From the NCBI GenBank assembly GCA_947258985.1, contig CAMYKI010000012.1, positions 43,392 to 107,391 on the forward strand: DNA of 64,000 nt, in the 5' to 3' direction. The notes under the pieces were generated by a model. That model worked only from the letters and a program-made list of their open reading frames with translations. It was not told where the DNA came from and ran no database searches. Shown here one piece after another: positions 1 to 9,290 of the stretch (position 1 is the first letter of the stretch; every line of letters begins with the position of its first letter). This stretch comes from an uncultured Acidimicrobiaceae bacterium. GTDB taxonomy: Bacteria > Actinomycetota > Acidimicrobiia > Spongiisociales > UBA5794. Position numbers and translations under genes: made by a program.

Positions 1-400
1 TGAACGTTTCCGACATGACGTGTACCGGGAACCGCTTCGGGAAGATGCCTTCCTCGATGGCAATCCGTTTGAGCGCATAGAACAGGTCTGTGATTTGGAT
101 CTGGGCAGGGCAGCGCAATGTGCAGTGGTAGCAGGACGCACAGAGCCATATTGTGCGGCTTTCGAGCAGCTCCTCGATGGCCCCGGCTCGGAACATGCCG
201 ATGACCTGACGCGGGGTGATGTCCATTGCGTGGCTCACAGGACACGATGCGGTACAGGTGCCGCATTGGATGCATTGGTTGAGTCGCCCCCCGCCGGGGA
301 TGCGCTCGATCTCTTCGAGGAACGCTGTTCTCAGTTCATGTTCCTTCTTCGACAGCACGCCGGGCGCAATTGGTCCGGCCAACGGATCGAGCGTCTTCAT
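1..400 (-). CDS. hdrC: Heterodisulfide reductase subunit C-like 2x[4Fe-4S] protein (3' end runs off the window)
   Basis: Not in the ORF track. Manual translation from ATG at 400 gives MKTLDPLAGP...RLNQCIQCGTCTASCPVSHAMDITPRQVIGMFRAG...IWLCASCYHCTLRCPAQIQITDLFYALKRIA, with two CxxCxxCxxxCP motifs in the HdrC layout; starts 3 nt after the upstream stop. Confidence 0.85.
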   Translation of the reverse strand, partial: MKTLDPLAGPIAPGVLSKKEHELRTAFLEEIERIPGGGRLNQCIQCGTCTASCPVSHAMDITPRQVIGMFRAGAIEELLESRTIWLCASCYHCTLRCPAQIQITDLFYALKRIAIEEGIFPKRFPVHVMSETF

Positions 401-403
401 ATC

Positions 404-898
404 TCACTCCCTGGGCTGTGTTCCCTCCGCAGAGGGCGGTGTTAGGTACTCGATAACTTCAGATACGACCTGCTCGACTGTGTCGGCTACGGGCGGCGAG
501 AGGGTCTCGGAGAAGATGTCTGCCGTTCCCGCCTCGATGCCCCAGATGGCGATCGAGTCGGGCATTGCCCATCCAATCTCCCGACCAAGCGCCATCACCG
601 TTGGGTAGCTGATGTCGTGAAAGGAATTGAGGCGGACCGATCCTGCCAGGTCCGTTTCGTCGAGGTGAACGATGGTGCCGGGCGGGTGCGAACCGGTCAC
701 CAGGCAGTCGATGATGGCGGCACGACGGCGGTCGCGAACGACGTCGAGAAGAGCAAAGCCGGCCCACGGCAGAGCGACCACATCAATGTCGGATCGCTCG
801 GCAACCGCGGTTTCGAGGCGTCGGGCCGCAGCGATTCCTACGCCATCGTCTCCTGCGATGTCATTGCCCAGACCCACCACGATGTTGGGGGCCGGCAC
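404..898 (-). CDS. [NiFe]-hydrogenase maturation protease (HyaD/HycI family)
   Basis: GLGNDIAGDDGVG motif, IIDC and SFHD (Ni-ligand His); probable GTG start at 898 (ORF track extends to 1000). Confidence 0.9.
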   Translation of the reverse strand: MPAPNIVVGLGNDIAGDDGVGIAAARRLETAVAERSDIDVVALPWAGFALLDVVRDRRRAAIIDCLVTGSHPPGTIVHLDETDLAGSVRLNSFHDISYPTVMALGREIGWAMPDSIAIWGIEAGTADIFSETLSPPVADTVEQVVSEVIEYLTPPSAEGTQPRE

Positions 899-1048
899 GA
901 AATCAGGATGAGGTGAAGTAAGGAAAACCTGGCCACTCTCACGGTGCTGAGTAGTTGATCCCATCTTGGATCCGATCAGACCGTGCGAGGTCACGCGCAA
1001 GATCTTGCCCGGCGTATGGCCCCGCCTTTGCCTTACCTCTCCATACTA

Positions 1049-1064
1049 TGTGAAAGTTTTCACG
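1049..1064 (-). promoter_or_regulatory. Putative Rex (NADH/NAD+ sensor) operator abutting a -10 box of the protease-hdrC operon
   Basis: TGTGAA-AGTT-TTCACG versus Rex consensus TGTGAA-N4-TTCACA; TAGTAT follows immediately on the minus strand. Confidence 0.65.
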
Positions 1065-1343
1065 AGCGGTAGGTGTTCTTTCCGGTTCTTGCGGATCTGG
1101 ATCGACACAAGGCGGCCGATGTCCGCAAGAGCGGGGGAGCGAGGGCCATCGACCGAGCTTATTGGGCCGGCGACGGTCTTGAGGGAACTACGCCCCGGTA
1201 CCGTCTGGCTCCGATCGGGTCGCGTTGCTAGTCCACCCACCGTCGTTGGGGCCCCGATTCGCGGCGGCTCGGCGTTCTCACCGTTTCCCGAGGATTCGGG
1301 TGTGTGTGCGGACGCCACCGTGGTACGGAAAAGACGAAACTCG

Positions 1344-2357
1344 TCAGTCGGGATAACCGTCGGGGTTGTGCGACTGCCAGCGCCAAACGTCGGCGACCAT
1401 CTCATCGAGGTCACGGGTTGCGGTCCAGCCGAGAATCCGCGCGGCCTTGGAGGCGTCGGCCCAACTTGCCGGGCCGTCACCTGGGCGACGGCCGACCACC
1501 TCTGTGGGAATGGGCACGCCGGCGACCTGCTCGAACGCCGCAACCAGTTCGAGAACGGAGACCCCGTTGCCGGTTCCGAGATTGATCACGTCGAAGCCGG
1601 GACTCTGCTGCAGGTGCTCGACAGCAGCGACATGGCCCTCGGCAAGATCGAGGACATGGATGTAGTCCCGGACGCCGGTCCCGTCCGGCGTTGGGTAGTC
1701 GTCGCCGAAGATGTGCAGCGAGGGGCGCCTACCTACCGCAACCTGTGCCAGGAATGGCATCAGATTCGCCGGCACTCCCTGCGGGTCTTCGCCGATCAAA
1801 CCCGACGGGTGGGCCCCCACCGGGTTGAAATAGCGCAGAGCAATGACGTTCCAGCGAGGGTCGGACTGGTGGAGGTCGGCGAGGATCTCTTCGCACATCA
1901 GTTTGGTTCGGCCATAGGGGTTGATCACCTCGGTAGGCGCGTCCTCCTGCAGCGGCAAGTCGTCCGACATGCCGTAGACGGTGGCCGACGAGCTGTACAC
2001 GACATTGCGCACGTCATGCCGCTCCATCGCCTGAAGTAGGGCCACTGTTCCCGCGACCCCGTTCTTGTAGTAGTGCAGAGGGCGAGCAATGGACTCGCCC
2101 ACGGCCTTCGGGGCAGCGAAGTGAATCGCACCGTCGAACGCCCGCTCGTTGAGCACGCGGTCGAGCGCAGCTGCGTCGGTGACGTCGGCTTCGTAGAAGT
2201 CCATGGTTACGCCGGTGATCTCACGCAGCCTGTCGAGGACGGCCGGCTTCGAGTTCGAGAAGTTGTCGAACAGAGTGACCTCGTGCCCGGCATCGATGAG
2301 GGCAATGGCGGTGTGGCTCCCGATGTATCCGGTGCCTCCGGTGAGCAGGATTCTCAT
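1344..2357 (-). CDS. galE: UDP-glucose 4-epimerase
   Basis: TGGTGYIGSHT, YSSSATVYG, YGRTK (YxxxK), LRYFNPVGAHPSG, DGTGVRDYIHV. Confidence 0.97.
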   Translation of the reverse strand: MRILLTGGTGYIGSHTAIALIDAGHEVTLFDNFSNSKPAVLDRLREITGVTMDFYEADVTDAAALDRVLNERAFDGAIHFAAPKAVGESIARPLHYYKNGVAGTVALLQAMERHDVRNVVYSSSATVYGMSDDLPLQEDAPTEVINPYGRTKLMCEEILADLHQSDPRWNVIALRYFNPVGAHPSGLIGEDPQGVPANLMPFLAQVAVGRRPSLHIFGDDYPTPDGTGVRDYIHVLDLAEGHVAAVEHLQQSPGFDVINLGTGNGVSVLELVAAFEQVAGVPIPTEVVGRRPGDGPASWADASKAARILGWTATRDLDEMVADVWRWQSHNPDGYPD

Positions 2358-3701
2358 CTACGAACCTCCCGAGCTGACAAAGGTTTCGACTGGCGACTCT
2401 GCCAGGAGTTCCCGGGTTACCGCGAGCCCCCAGTCGTCGAGGTCGGCGATGCGGTCGCTGCTGCCCCGTAATCCTCCGTAGCGGCGTACATGCTCGGCCC
2501 ATTCCTTCCGACCTTCGACCGCGGGGCGGGCGATCAGGTCGTCTGGGTCGTTGATCCAGAATCGGCCCTGCTGGAACGCACGGCCCCGCCCGGTGAGCAT
2601 TGCGGCGCTCACCGAAGGCTGGCTGAGGTCACCGCCGGCCGGCAGATATTGCGGTTCGGTGTCCGGGCTGACCCTCATGGCATCGACGAGACCGACGGTG
2701 GGAAGTATCGGTGCTCCGCATCCCAGGAAGTACGAATCGCCCATGGCCTCCCGCAGTTGCTGCATGCCAGAGCGGTAGGCGGCAATTGGCGACATATCTT
2801 GATGACGAGGCCCGGGGAGCGCCGCGGCGTACACAAAGTCGACTTTGAAGAAGTCGTAACCCCACCCGTGCATCGTCGAGAAGACCTCGGCGATCCATTC
2901 CATCGCCTCCGGATGCGTCGTGTCGAGGGCAAAGAGATCCCGGTTCCAGTTGTGGCCACCGTGCACCGGCTTGTCCGGGCCCCCGATCAGCCATTGAGGA
3001 TGGCGCCGCGCCAGCTCTGATTCGGGGAAGACGAGGAAGGGAGCAACCCAGATGCCGGCGCGGCGCCCAAAGGATCTGATGCGATCGGCGATTCCCTGCA
3101 GGGAGCCGAAACGATCTGTGAGAGTGAGCCAATCACCGTGGGCCGTTTGATAGCCGTCATCGAGCTGGATCACGTCGACGGGGAGATCGAGGCGTTCGAT
3201 GGCGTCGATGTTCTCGATCATGTCGGCTTCGGTGACGTCGGTGAAGTACTGGTACCAGGAGCACCAGATGGTGGGGGCGCGGCGCATCTCGCCAACGCCG
3301 ACCGAGGCGGCAAAGCCGTCGGCCCAACGGGCCAGGGCATTCTCGAGACTCCCCGGGCCCTGATCGAGCGTGGTCGCGACCGGACCGTCGCTGGATACGA
3401 CAATGCGGTTGCCCTTGACCTCCGCGTGAATGCTCGGCACCGTTTCGGTGGCGTTTGCCACTGCATAGATGCGGACGCCGGAACCATCCCCGGGATCGAT
3501 CGCCAGTAGTCCCTCGCCCCAATACACGTCGGCGGAGGGATTGGACTCCGGGCGGTAGCAGAGGAATCGGTTGCGTTCGTTGACCGGCCGATGGGGGCGG
3601 TCGCCGATTCCGTACGTTGTTGTCGGACTCCACGACTGCCAGCCGTGCTCATAGACGGCCGCATGGGTCGCGTCGATCGTGACCTCGTCGATGGCGTGCA
3701 T
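2358..3701 (-). CDS. Alpha-galactosidase, glycoside hydrolase family 36
   Basis: WCSWYQYF, IQLDDGYQ, GIWVAPF, FFKVDF (nucleophile), MRVSPD, WINDPD. Confidence 0.88.
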   Translation of the reverse strand: MHAIDEVTIDATHAAVYEHGWQSWSPTTTYGIGDRPHRPVNERNRFLCYRPESNPSADVYWGEGLLAIDPGDGSGVRIYAVANATETVPSIHAEVKGNRIVVSSDGPVATTLDQGPGSLENALARWADGFAASVGVGEMRRAPTIWCSWYQYFTDVTEADMIENIDAIERLDLPVDVIQLDDGYQTAHGDWLTLTDRFGSLQGIADRIRSFGRRAGIWVAPFLVFPESELARRHPQWLIGGPDKPVHGGHNWNRDLFALDTTHPEAMEWIAEVFSTMHGWGYDFFKVDFVYAAALPGPRHQDMSPIAAYRSGMQQLREAMGDSYFLGCGAPILPTVGLVDAMRVSPDTEPQYLPAGGDLSQPSVSAAMLTGRGRAFQQGRFWINDPDDLIARPAVEGRKEWAEHVRRYGGLRGSSDRIADLDDWGLAVTRELLAESPVETFVSSGGS

Positions 3702-3726
3702 TGCGGCTCCCGGTGGAACTTGCTGG

Positions 3727-4629
3727 TTACCCCTTGGTTGACCCGAGTGTCAGGCCGGCCACGAACTGTCTCTGCAGGACCGCAAAGACAACCAGAGTGG
3801 GGATGGCCGCGAGTAGAGATCCCGCCGCCACCAGGTTGTTGTTGGTAAAGAACGTGCCGTTGAGGTTCTGCAGCGCCGAGGTGATCGGCCGTTGGTCGCC
3901 GGTCACCATCAGTACTAACGCCCAGAAGAAATCGTTGTAGATCCAGGTGAACATCAGCACCGCCAGTGCGGCCAATGGAGGCCGGGTCAATGGGAGGATG
4001 ATGTTCCAGTACTGGCGCCACACCGAGGCCCCGTCCACGAAGGCTGCCTCGTTGAGATCACCCGGCAGGGCCTTCATGTAGTTGGAGAGCACGAACGTGG
4101 CGAACCCCATCTGGAAGGCAACATGGATGGTGATGATCCCGAAGTAGCTGTCGTAGAACACTCCGCTCGGCGACAGGAACTCGGGAAGCGGCAACGCCAG
4201 GAACATGCGATACAGCGGCGTGATGATCACCTGCTGGGGGAGCAGGTTGCCCGCCGTGAAGATCATGAGCAACAACAGGTTGAACCTGAAGCTGAACCGC
4301 GACAGCGCAAAGGCGGCCATTGACGCAAAGAACAGGATCAGAATGACAGCCGGGATGGTGATCCACATCGTGTTGATGAAGAACTTGAGCATCTCGGAGT
4401 CGGTCCACGCCTGGGTGTAGTTGTCGAAGTTGTAGGTGCCGCCGATGGACACGTAGCCACGCTCGGCGGTGTCGGAGAACGGCCGCAGCGATGTGTAGAA
4501 CGCCCAGAGCAACGGGACCAGCCAGACAAATGCGGTAATAGCCAGGAACGCTTGCAGGCCGCGTCTGCGCCACTTGTCCATGACCTGAGGCGTGGCCGTC
4601 TTGCCTTGGGTATCGGGTGCAGCAGTCAT
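3727..4629 (-). CDS. Carbohydrate ABC transporter permease (MalG-like)
   Basis: Multiple TM segments; EAA loop EAAFVDGAS; C-terminal QRQFVAGLTLGSTKG. Confidence 0.95.
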   Translation of the reverse strand: MTAAPDTQGKTATPQVMDKWRRRGLQAFLAITAFVWLVPLLWAFYTSLRPFSDTAERGYVSIGGTYNFDNYTQAWTDSEMLKFFINTMWITIPAVILILFFASMAAFALSRFSFRFNLLLLMIFTAGNLLPQQVIITPLYRMFLALPLPEFLSPSGVFYDSYFGIITIHVAFQMGFATFVLSNYMKALPGDLNEAAFVDGASVWRQYWNIILPLTRPPLAALAVLMFTWIYNDFFWALVLMVTGDQRPITSALQNLNGTFFTNNNLVAAGSLLAAIPTLVVFAVLQRQFVAGLTLGSTKG

Positions 4630-5579
4630 GCGGCCACCTCATCTGCTCGGAAGGTTCTCCATAGGTAAGGAATGATGATTCCCAATGAAACAATCAGGAG
4701 GATCACCGCAAGCGCCGAGCCAAACCCGATCCGGCTGGCCTCGCCGATGATGTTGTTGGTCACCGCGACCGATAACAACTCGAGCCCGTTAGTCCCCTTG
4801 TTGGTCACATACACAATGTCGAACGCTCGCAGCGACTCGATGATCGTGATGACGAGGATGACGATATTGATGGGCTTGAGGACCGGGAAGACAACGTGGA
4901 AGAAGGTCTGGCGGCTGGTAGCGCCGTCGATAGCTGCAGCTTCTTTGAGCGCAGGATCGACGCTCTTAAGTCCCGCCAGATAGAGGATCATGATGTAGCC
5001 AACGTGGCGCCAGCTGGCGGCAATGAGGATCATCCACAGGTTGATGCTGGGGTTGCCCAGCCAGTCGATCAGGTTCTCCGGATCGGTTCGCCCGAGCACA
5101 TTGTTGATCAACCCTTGCTCCGGCGAGTAGATCAGCTGCCAGATGAATCCGACGAGTGCCAGAGAGAGAACCACCGGCACGTAGAGAGCGTTCTGATAGA
5201 ACTTGGAGCCTTTCATCTCCTTGTCGAGCTGGACCGCCAGGAACATACCAAAAGGCGTGGCGATGAGAATGAAGAACCCGAGCCAAATCAGGTTGTGGAC
5301 AACGGCCGGCCAGAACGGCGGGTAGATAGTGGCGACTTGCTCATAGTTTGTGAGCCCGATCCATTCGATTGCTTCGACGCCGCCGATACCGTCCCAACGG
5401 CTGAACGACAGCAGAATCGAAAGCAGTGCCGGGACCCACACGAAGAAGACGTGGATAAGGGCAGGCAGACCAAGCATGAATACGAGAACACCCAAATCAC
5501 GGTTGGTCAATAGTCGAAAGCGTTTCCGCTTGGTTCGTTCTCGCGCTACCGCGACTTCGACTTCGCTTCTCGTGCTCAT
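4626..5579 (-). CDS. Carbohydrate ABC transporter permease (MalF-like)
   Basis: TM segments; EAAAIDGAT EAA loop; overlaps next gene by 4 nt. Confidence 0.95.
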   Translation of the reverse strand: MSTRSEVEVAVARERTKRKRFRLLTNRDLGVLVFMLGLPALIHVFFVWVPALLSILLSFSRWDGIGGVEAIEWIGLTNYEQVATIYPPFWPAVVHNLIWLGFFILIATPFGMFLAVQLDKEMKGSKFYQNALYVPVVLSLALVGFIWQLIYSPEQGLINNVLGRTDPENLIDWLGNPSINLWMILIAASWRHVGYIMILYLAGLKSVDPALKEAAAIDGATSRQTFFHVVFPVLKPINIVILVITIIESLRAFDIVYVTNKGTNGLELLSVAVTNNIIGEASRIGFGSALAVILLIVSLGIIIPYLWRTFRADEVAA

Positions 5580-5635
5580 GCTCCCTCACTCCGCCACGAT
5601 TTGAACTCGGATCTGATTACCACCCAATGGCTGGA

Positions 5636-5664
5636 TCGTGCGGGACCGCCAAGGTCCCGCACGA
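5636..5664 (-). terminator. Intercistronic stem-loop after the substrate-binding protein gene (partial terminator or mRNA stabiliser)
   Basis: Perfect 12-bp inverted repeat TCGTGCGGGACC-GCCAA-GGTCCCGCACGA. Confidence 0.6.
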
Positions 5665-5689
5665 CATGCCGGTTGGGAGGGGCTTACTT

Positions 5690-7060
5690 CTACTCCGTGA
5701 AGATTGCCACTGCCTGCTCTTCCATCGAATCCGTCAACCCGTTGATGTCCTCGGGGTTGTTGAGGAATGTCTGGATAGAAGGCAGCACAACCGTCGATGC
5801 GAAGTCCGGCCGGGTATCCCGGTCGAGGAACTGCGCAATGTTGCTGGCCGATGCGATGAGCTCAGCACCCTTGTTCTGCAGTGCGTCGTAGCCGCTCGTG
5901 TCGGCGTCGTTGGCGGTAGCCAGCCAATTCGAGTTGGCATCGGTGTAGAACTTCTGGGCCTCACCGGTGCCGATGAACTTCAGCAACTCCTTGGCGCCGT
6001 CGATATTCTCCGGTGCCTTCGAGATCATGAAGCCATCGATCGGGGCATCGACCGAATCCTGTCCGTGATCCGGGTTGATCTCCGGGAAGGCGAAGAAGTC
6101 GAGATCGTCCCTGGCCTCTTGCGAGACCTCCTGGAACTGCTCGCCGACAAACATGCCGAGCAGATACATGCCGGCTTCTTTGTTCGCCACCGTCTGGGCG
6201 GCGTCCTGCCATGTCCGGCCGAGGGCGCCAGGCTGGTGATAGGGAAGCAACTCGGCCCAGGTCGCAAAGACCTGCTTGGTGCGGTCGTCGTTCCACTTCT
6301 CACGGTGGGCCATGAGATCGACGTGGTACTGATAGCCGTTGACACGCATGTTCAAGTAGTCGAACGTGCCCATTGCCGGCCAGCCGTCCTTGTCACCGAA
6401 GGCAATGGGAACAAAGCCGTCGGCCATCATTCCCTCTGACAGAGTCTTCAGCTCGTCGATGGTGGTCGGGATCGTGTAGCCGTTGTCCGCAAAGAAGCTC
6501 TTGCGATAGAAGAGCGCCCACGGGTAGGTGATGAATGGGACGAAATACTGGTTTCCGTCTAGGCCGGTAGAAGCCTGCTTGAACGAGCTGGCGTAGTTCG
6601 CGCCGATGGTGTCCCACACATCGTTTATCGATGTAGACAGGCCCTTGTCGGCGAAGAACTGCATCCGGTATCCGGCGAACCAGGTGAACGCATCGTCGGG
6701 ACGTCCTTGCAGATACGTGTTGATCTGCTCCTGGAACGTGTTGTGATCGACGGTGTTGATGGCCAGCGTGACATCCGGGTTCTTCTCCTCGAACCTGGCG
6801 AACATCGCTGCGTATGCGTCCTTGGTCAGCGGATCGGAAGCGTTGGAACCAACAGAGACGGTGCCGCTTGCCATGGGGGCTTCGGTATCACCGCCACTCG
6901 CTGCTGCTGCTGTGGTTGTCGCCGCTTCGTCGTCGTCGCCACATGCTGCCAACAGGGCAGGTGCGGCCAGCACACCGGCTCCGGCGGCAACACCCTTCAG
7001 CAGGTTACGACGAGAGATTTGCGTACCGCTCGTGTCGAGCGGCTCTTCGGGGTGCGTCAT
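5690..7060 (-). CDS. Sugar ABC transporter substrate-binding lipoprotein (Tat signal)
   Basis: ATG at 7060 after GAGGAGGAG RBS; SRRNLLK twin-arginine motif, LLAAC lipobox, family-1 SBP features. Confidence 0.92.
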   Translation of the reverse strand: MTHPEEPLDTSGTQISRRNLLKGVAAGAGVLAAPALLAACGDDDEAATTTAAAASGGDTEAPMASGTVSVGSNASDPLTKDAYAAMFARFEEKNPDVTLAINTVDHNTFQEQINTYLQGRPDDAFTWFAGYRMQFFADKGLSTSINDVWDTIGANYASSFKQASTGLDGNQYFVPFITYPWALFYRKSFFADNGYTIPTTIDELKTLSEGMMADGFVPIAFGDKDGWPAMGTFDYLNMRVNGYQYHVDLMAHREKWNDDRTKQVFATWAELLPYHQPGALGRTWQDAAQTVANKEAGMYLLGMFVGEQFQEVSQEARDDLDFFAFPEINPDHGQDSVDAPIDGFMISKAPENIDGAKELLKFIGTGEAQKFYTDANSNWLATANDADTSGYDALQNKGAELIASASNIAQFLDRDTRPDFASTVVLPSIQTFLNNPEDINGLTDSMEEQAVAIFTE

Positions 7061-7088
7061 GCTCCTCCTCCTCAGTTTGAGGGTCCGA

Positions 7089-7109
7089 TTGTTTGACCTA
7101 ATCAAACAA
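7089..7109. promoter_or_regulatory. Candidate repressor operator in the divergent gal promoter region
   Basis: Perfect palindrome TTGTTTGA-CCTAA-TCAAACAA in an AT-rich intergenic region; related TGTTG repeats at 7238-7252; TTGACA (minus, 7156-7161) and TTGACT (plus, 7250-7255) -35-like boxes. Confidence 0.55.
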
Positions 7110-7285
7110 AAATCAACAGAACCTCGTGCCCTATTTGACCCCCAATTCGCCGCGATGTCAACCCCTAAATAGTGGAATTCGTGCCACTCTTGTGCAGCAC
7201 CCGCAATAATGAGCAGCAGATTGGTGTGCTCTTCTTCTGTTGGAATGTGTTGACTTATTTCCGATCCTGATGCAAGCTCTCTGAT

Positions 7286-9289
7286 ATGGGTGGCATGAGC
7301 ATGAAGGCACCCCGGATACGGTTCGGGGCCGACTACAACCCGGAACAGTGGGATCGCACCGTCTGGGCCCAGGACTTCGCACTCATGAACGAGGCAGGCG
7401 TCAACCTGGTCAGCGTCGGCATCTTCTCCTGGGCAGAACTCGAGCCATGCACTGGCGAGTATCGCTTCGACTGGCTCGATGAAGTCATGGACGGGCTCGC
7501 CGCTGCGGGAGTGATGGCGAATCTGGCCAATGCCACCGCCAACCCGCCTCCCTGGTTCTCGGCGTGCTACCCCGATGCTCTCCCGATGCTCAGCGACGGG
7601 AGCCGTCTCTGGCCGGGTGCCCGGCAGGCTTTCTGCCCCAGTTCTCCGGTCTATCGGAAGCACGCTCTGCGGATCACCCGCAAGATCGCGGAGCGCTACA
7701 GCGGCCACCCGGCGCTGGAGATGTGGCATGTCAGCAACGAAATCGGCAACCACAATGCCCTCTGCTATTGCGATGCGAGCGCCGCGGCCTTTCGTACGTG
7801 GCTCGAGGACCGTTACGGCAGCCTCGAAGAGCTGAATCGAGCTTGGGGCACGACGTTCTGGGGACAGCGATATTCCGAGTGGGAGCAGATCCTCCCGCCG
7901 CGACAGACAACATCGTTCGGCAATCCCACCCAGGATCTCGACTTCCGGCGCTTCTCCTCGGAGGCCTGTCTCGAGATCTATCGGGCGGAGCGTGATCTTC
8001 TGCGAGAGATCACCCCGGAGATCCCGATCACCACCAACCTGACGCCGAATCATCTCGAACTCGATTACTGGTCCTGGGCTCCCGAATTGGACACCATTGC
8101 CGTCGATCACTATCTGAAGGCCAACGATCCCGACGGCCACATCGAACTCAGTTTTGTCGCCGACCTCTCCCGGGGCCTTGCGGGGGGTGCGCCCTGGATG
8201 CTGATGGAGCATTCGACGAGCGCCGTCAACTGGCAGCCGCGCAATATTGCCAAGCGACCAGGGGAGATGGTCCGCAACAGTTTGCAGCATGTTGCCCGTG
8301 GCGCCGATGCGATCATGTTCTTTCAATGGCGGGCTTCCCGATTTGGTGCAGAGAAGTATCACTCAGCAATGGTTCCGCACGCCGGAACGGACTCGAAGAT
8401 CTGGCGCGAGGTCGTCGAGTTGGGAGAGGTCCTCGACCGGATGGGCGAGGTCGCAAACACGACCCTCGATGCCGATGTCGCTCTCGTCTTTGATTGGGAG
8501 TCGTGGTGGGCGCTCGAGGCCAGGTCGCATCCCAGCGCCGACGTGCGCTACCTCGACCGGGTGCACGCTCTCTATCGGGCCCTCTGGGAGACGGGCATCA
8601 CGGTCGAAGTGGTATCGCAGAATGTCGACCCATCGGGGTACCGCCTCATTGTGATCCCTTCGTTGTACATCGCCGATGCGGAGATTGCCGACCGTGTGAA
8701 TCAGTTCGTCTCTGCCGGCGGATGTGCCGTCGTGACCTACCTCAGCGGAACCGTCGACGAGAATCTCCACATCGGCGCGCCTGGGCTCTCCGGCGCCTTC
8801 CATGACTCTCTTGGAGTGCGGGTTGAGGAGTACTTCCCGCTGCGTGAGGGCGAAGAGGTGGCGCTCGACGACGATTCGCTTGCGGCGGTGTGGACCGAGA
8901 TGGTGCATCTCGAAGGCGCGGATGCGCTGGTGACCTACAAAGACGGCCCCCTTCCCGGGGTGCCGGCCGTCACCCGATACCGGTACGGGGAGGGGACCGT
9001 CTGGTACATGGCGACTCGCCTGGACCGGGAGACCGTGGGAAGAGTTCTCAAGGAAGCTGTGAAGACCGCGGGTATCAAGCCGCCGATCCCGATGGTGACT
9101 GCACCTTCCGGGCTGGAGGTAACACGACGTAGCGGTGAGTCGGGGTCCTATCTCTTTCTGATAAACCATGGGACCGACACTGCACATGTGCGTGCCGAGG
9201 GCCGCGACCTCGTAGCCGATAGAGACGTTGGGGGAACGCTGAGCCTGCTTCCCGGTAGAGCCGCTGTCGTGCGCGAGGAGAGCGGCTGA
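7286..9289 (+). CDS. Beta-galactosidase, glycoside hydrolase family 42
   Basis: FGADYNPEQW, GIFSWAELEP, WHVSNE (acid/base), LMEH (nucleophile), FFQWRASRFGAEKYHSA. Confidence 0.95.
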   Translation: MGGMSMKAPRIRFGADYNPEQWDRTVWAQDFALMNEAGVNLVSVGIFSWAELEPCTGEYRFDWLDEVMDGLAAAGVMANLANATANPPPWFSACYPDALPMLSDGSRLWPGARQAFCPSSPVYRKHALRITRKIAERYSGHPALEMWHVSNEIGNHNALCYCDASAAAFRTWLEDRYGSLEELNRAWGTTFWGQRYSEWEQILPPRQTTSFGNPTQDLDFRRFSSEACLEIYRAERDLLREITPEIPITTNLTPNHLELDYWSWAPELDTIAVDHYLKANDPDGHIELSFVADLSRGLAGGAPWMLMEHSTSAVNWQPRNIAKRPGEMVRNSLQHVARGADAIMFFQWRASRFGAEKYHSAMVPHAGTDSKIWREVVELGEVLDRMGEVANTTLDADVALVFDWESWWALEARSHPSADVRYLDRVHALYRALWETGITVEVVSQNVDPSGYRLIVIPSLYIADAEIADRVNQFVSAGGCAVVTYLSGTVDENLHIGAPGLSGAFHDSLGVRVEEYFPLREGEEVALDDDSLAAVWTEMVHLEGADALVTYKDGPLPGVPAVTRYRYGEGTVWYMATRLDRETVGRVLKEAVKTAGIKPPIPMVTAPSGLEVTRRSGESGSYLFLINHGTDTAHVRAEGRDLVADRDVGGTLSLLPGRAAVVREESG

Positions 9290-9290
9290 G

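Noticed and set aside
5690-8362. 890-aa minus-strand ORF suggesting a giant binding-protein fusion
   Set aside because: The N-terminal ~430 aa are the antisense shadow of the GH42 gene plus the intergenic region; the real gene starts at ATG 7060 with RBS and Tat signal
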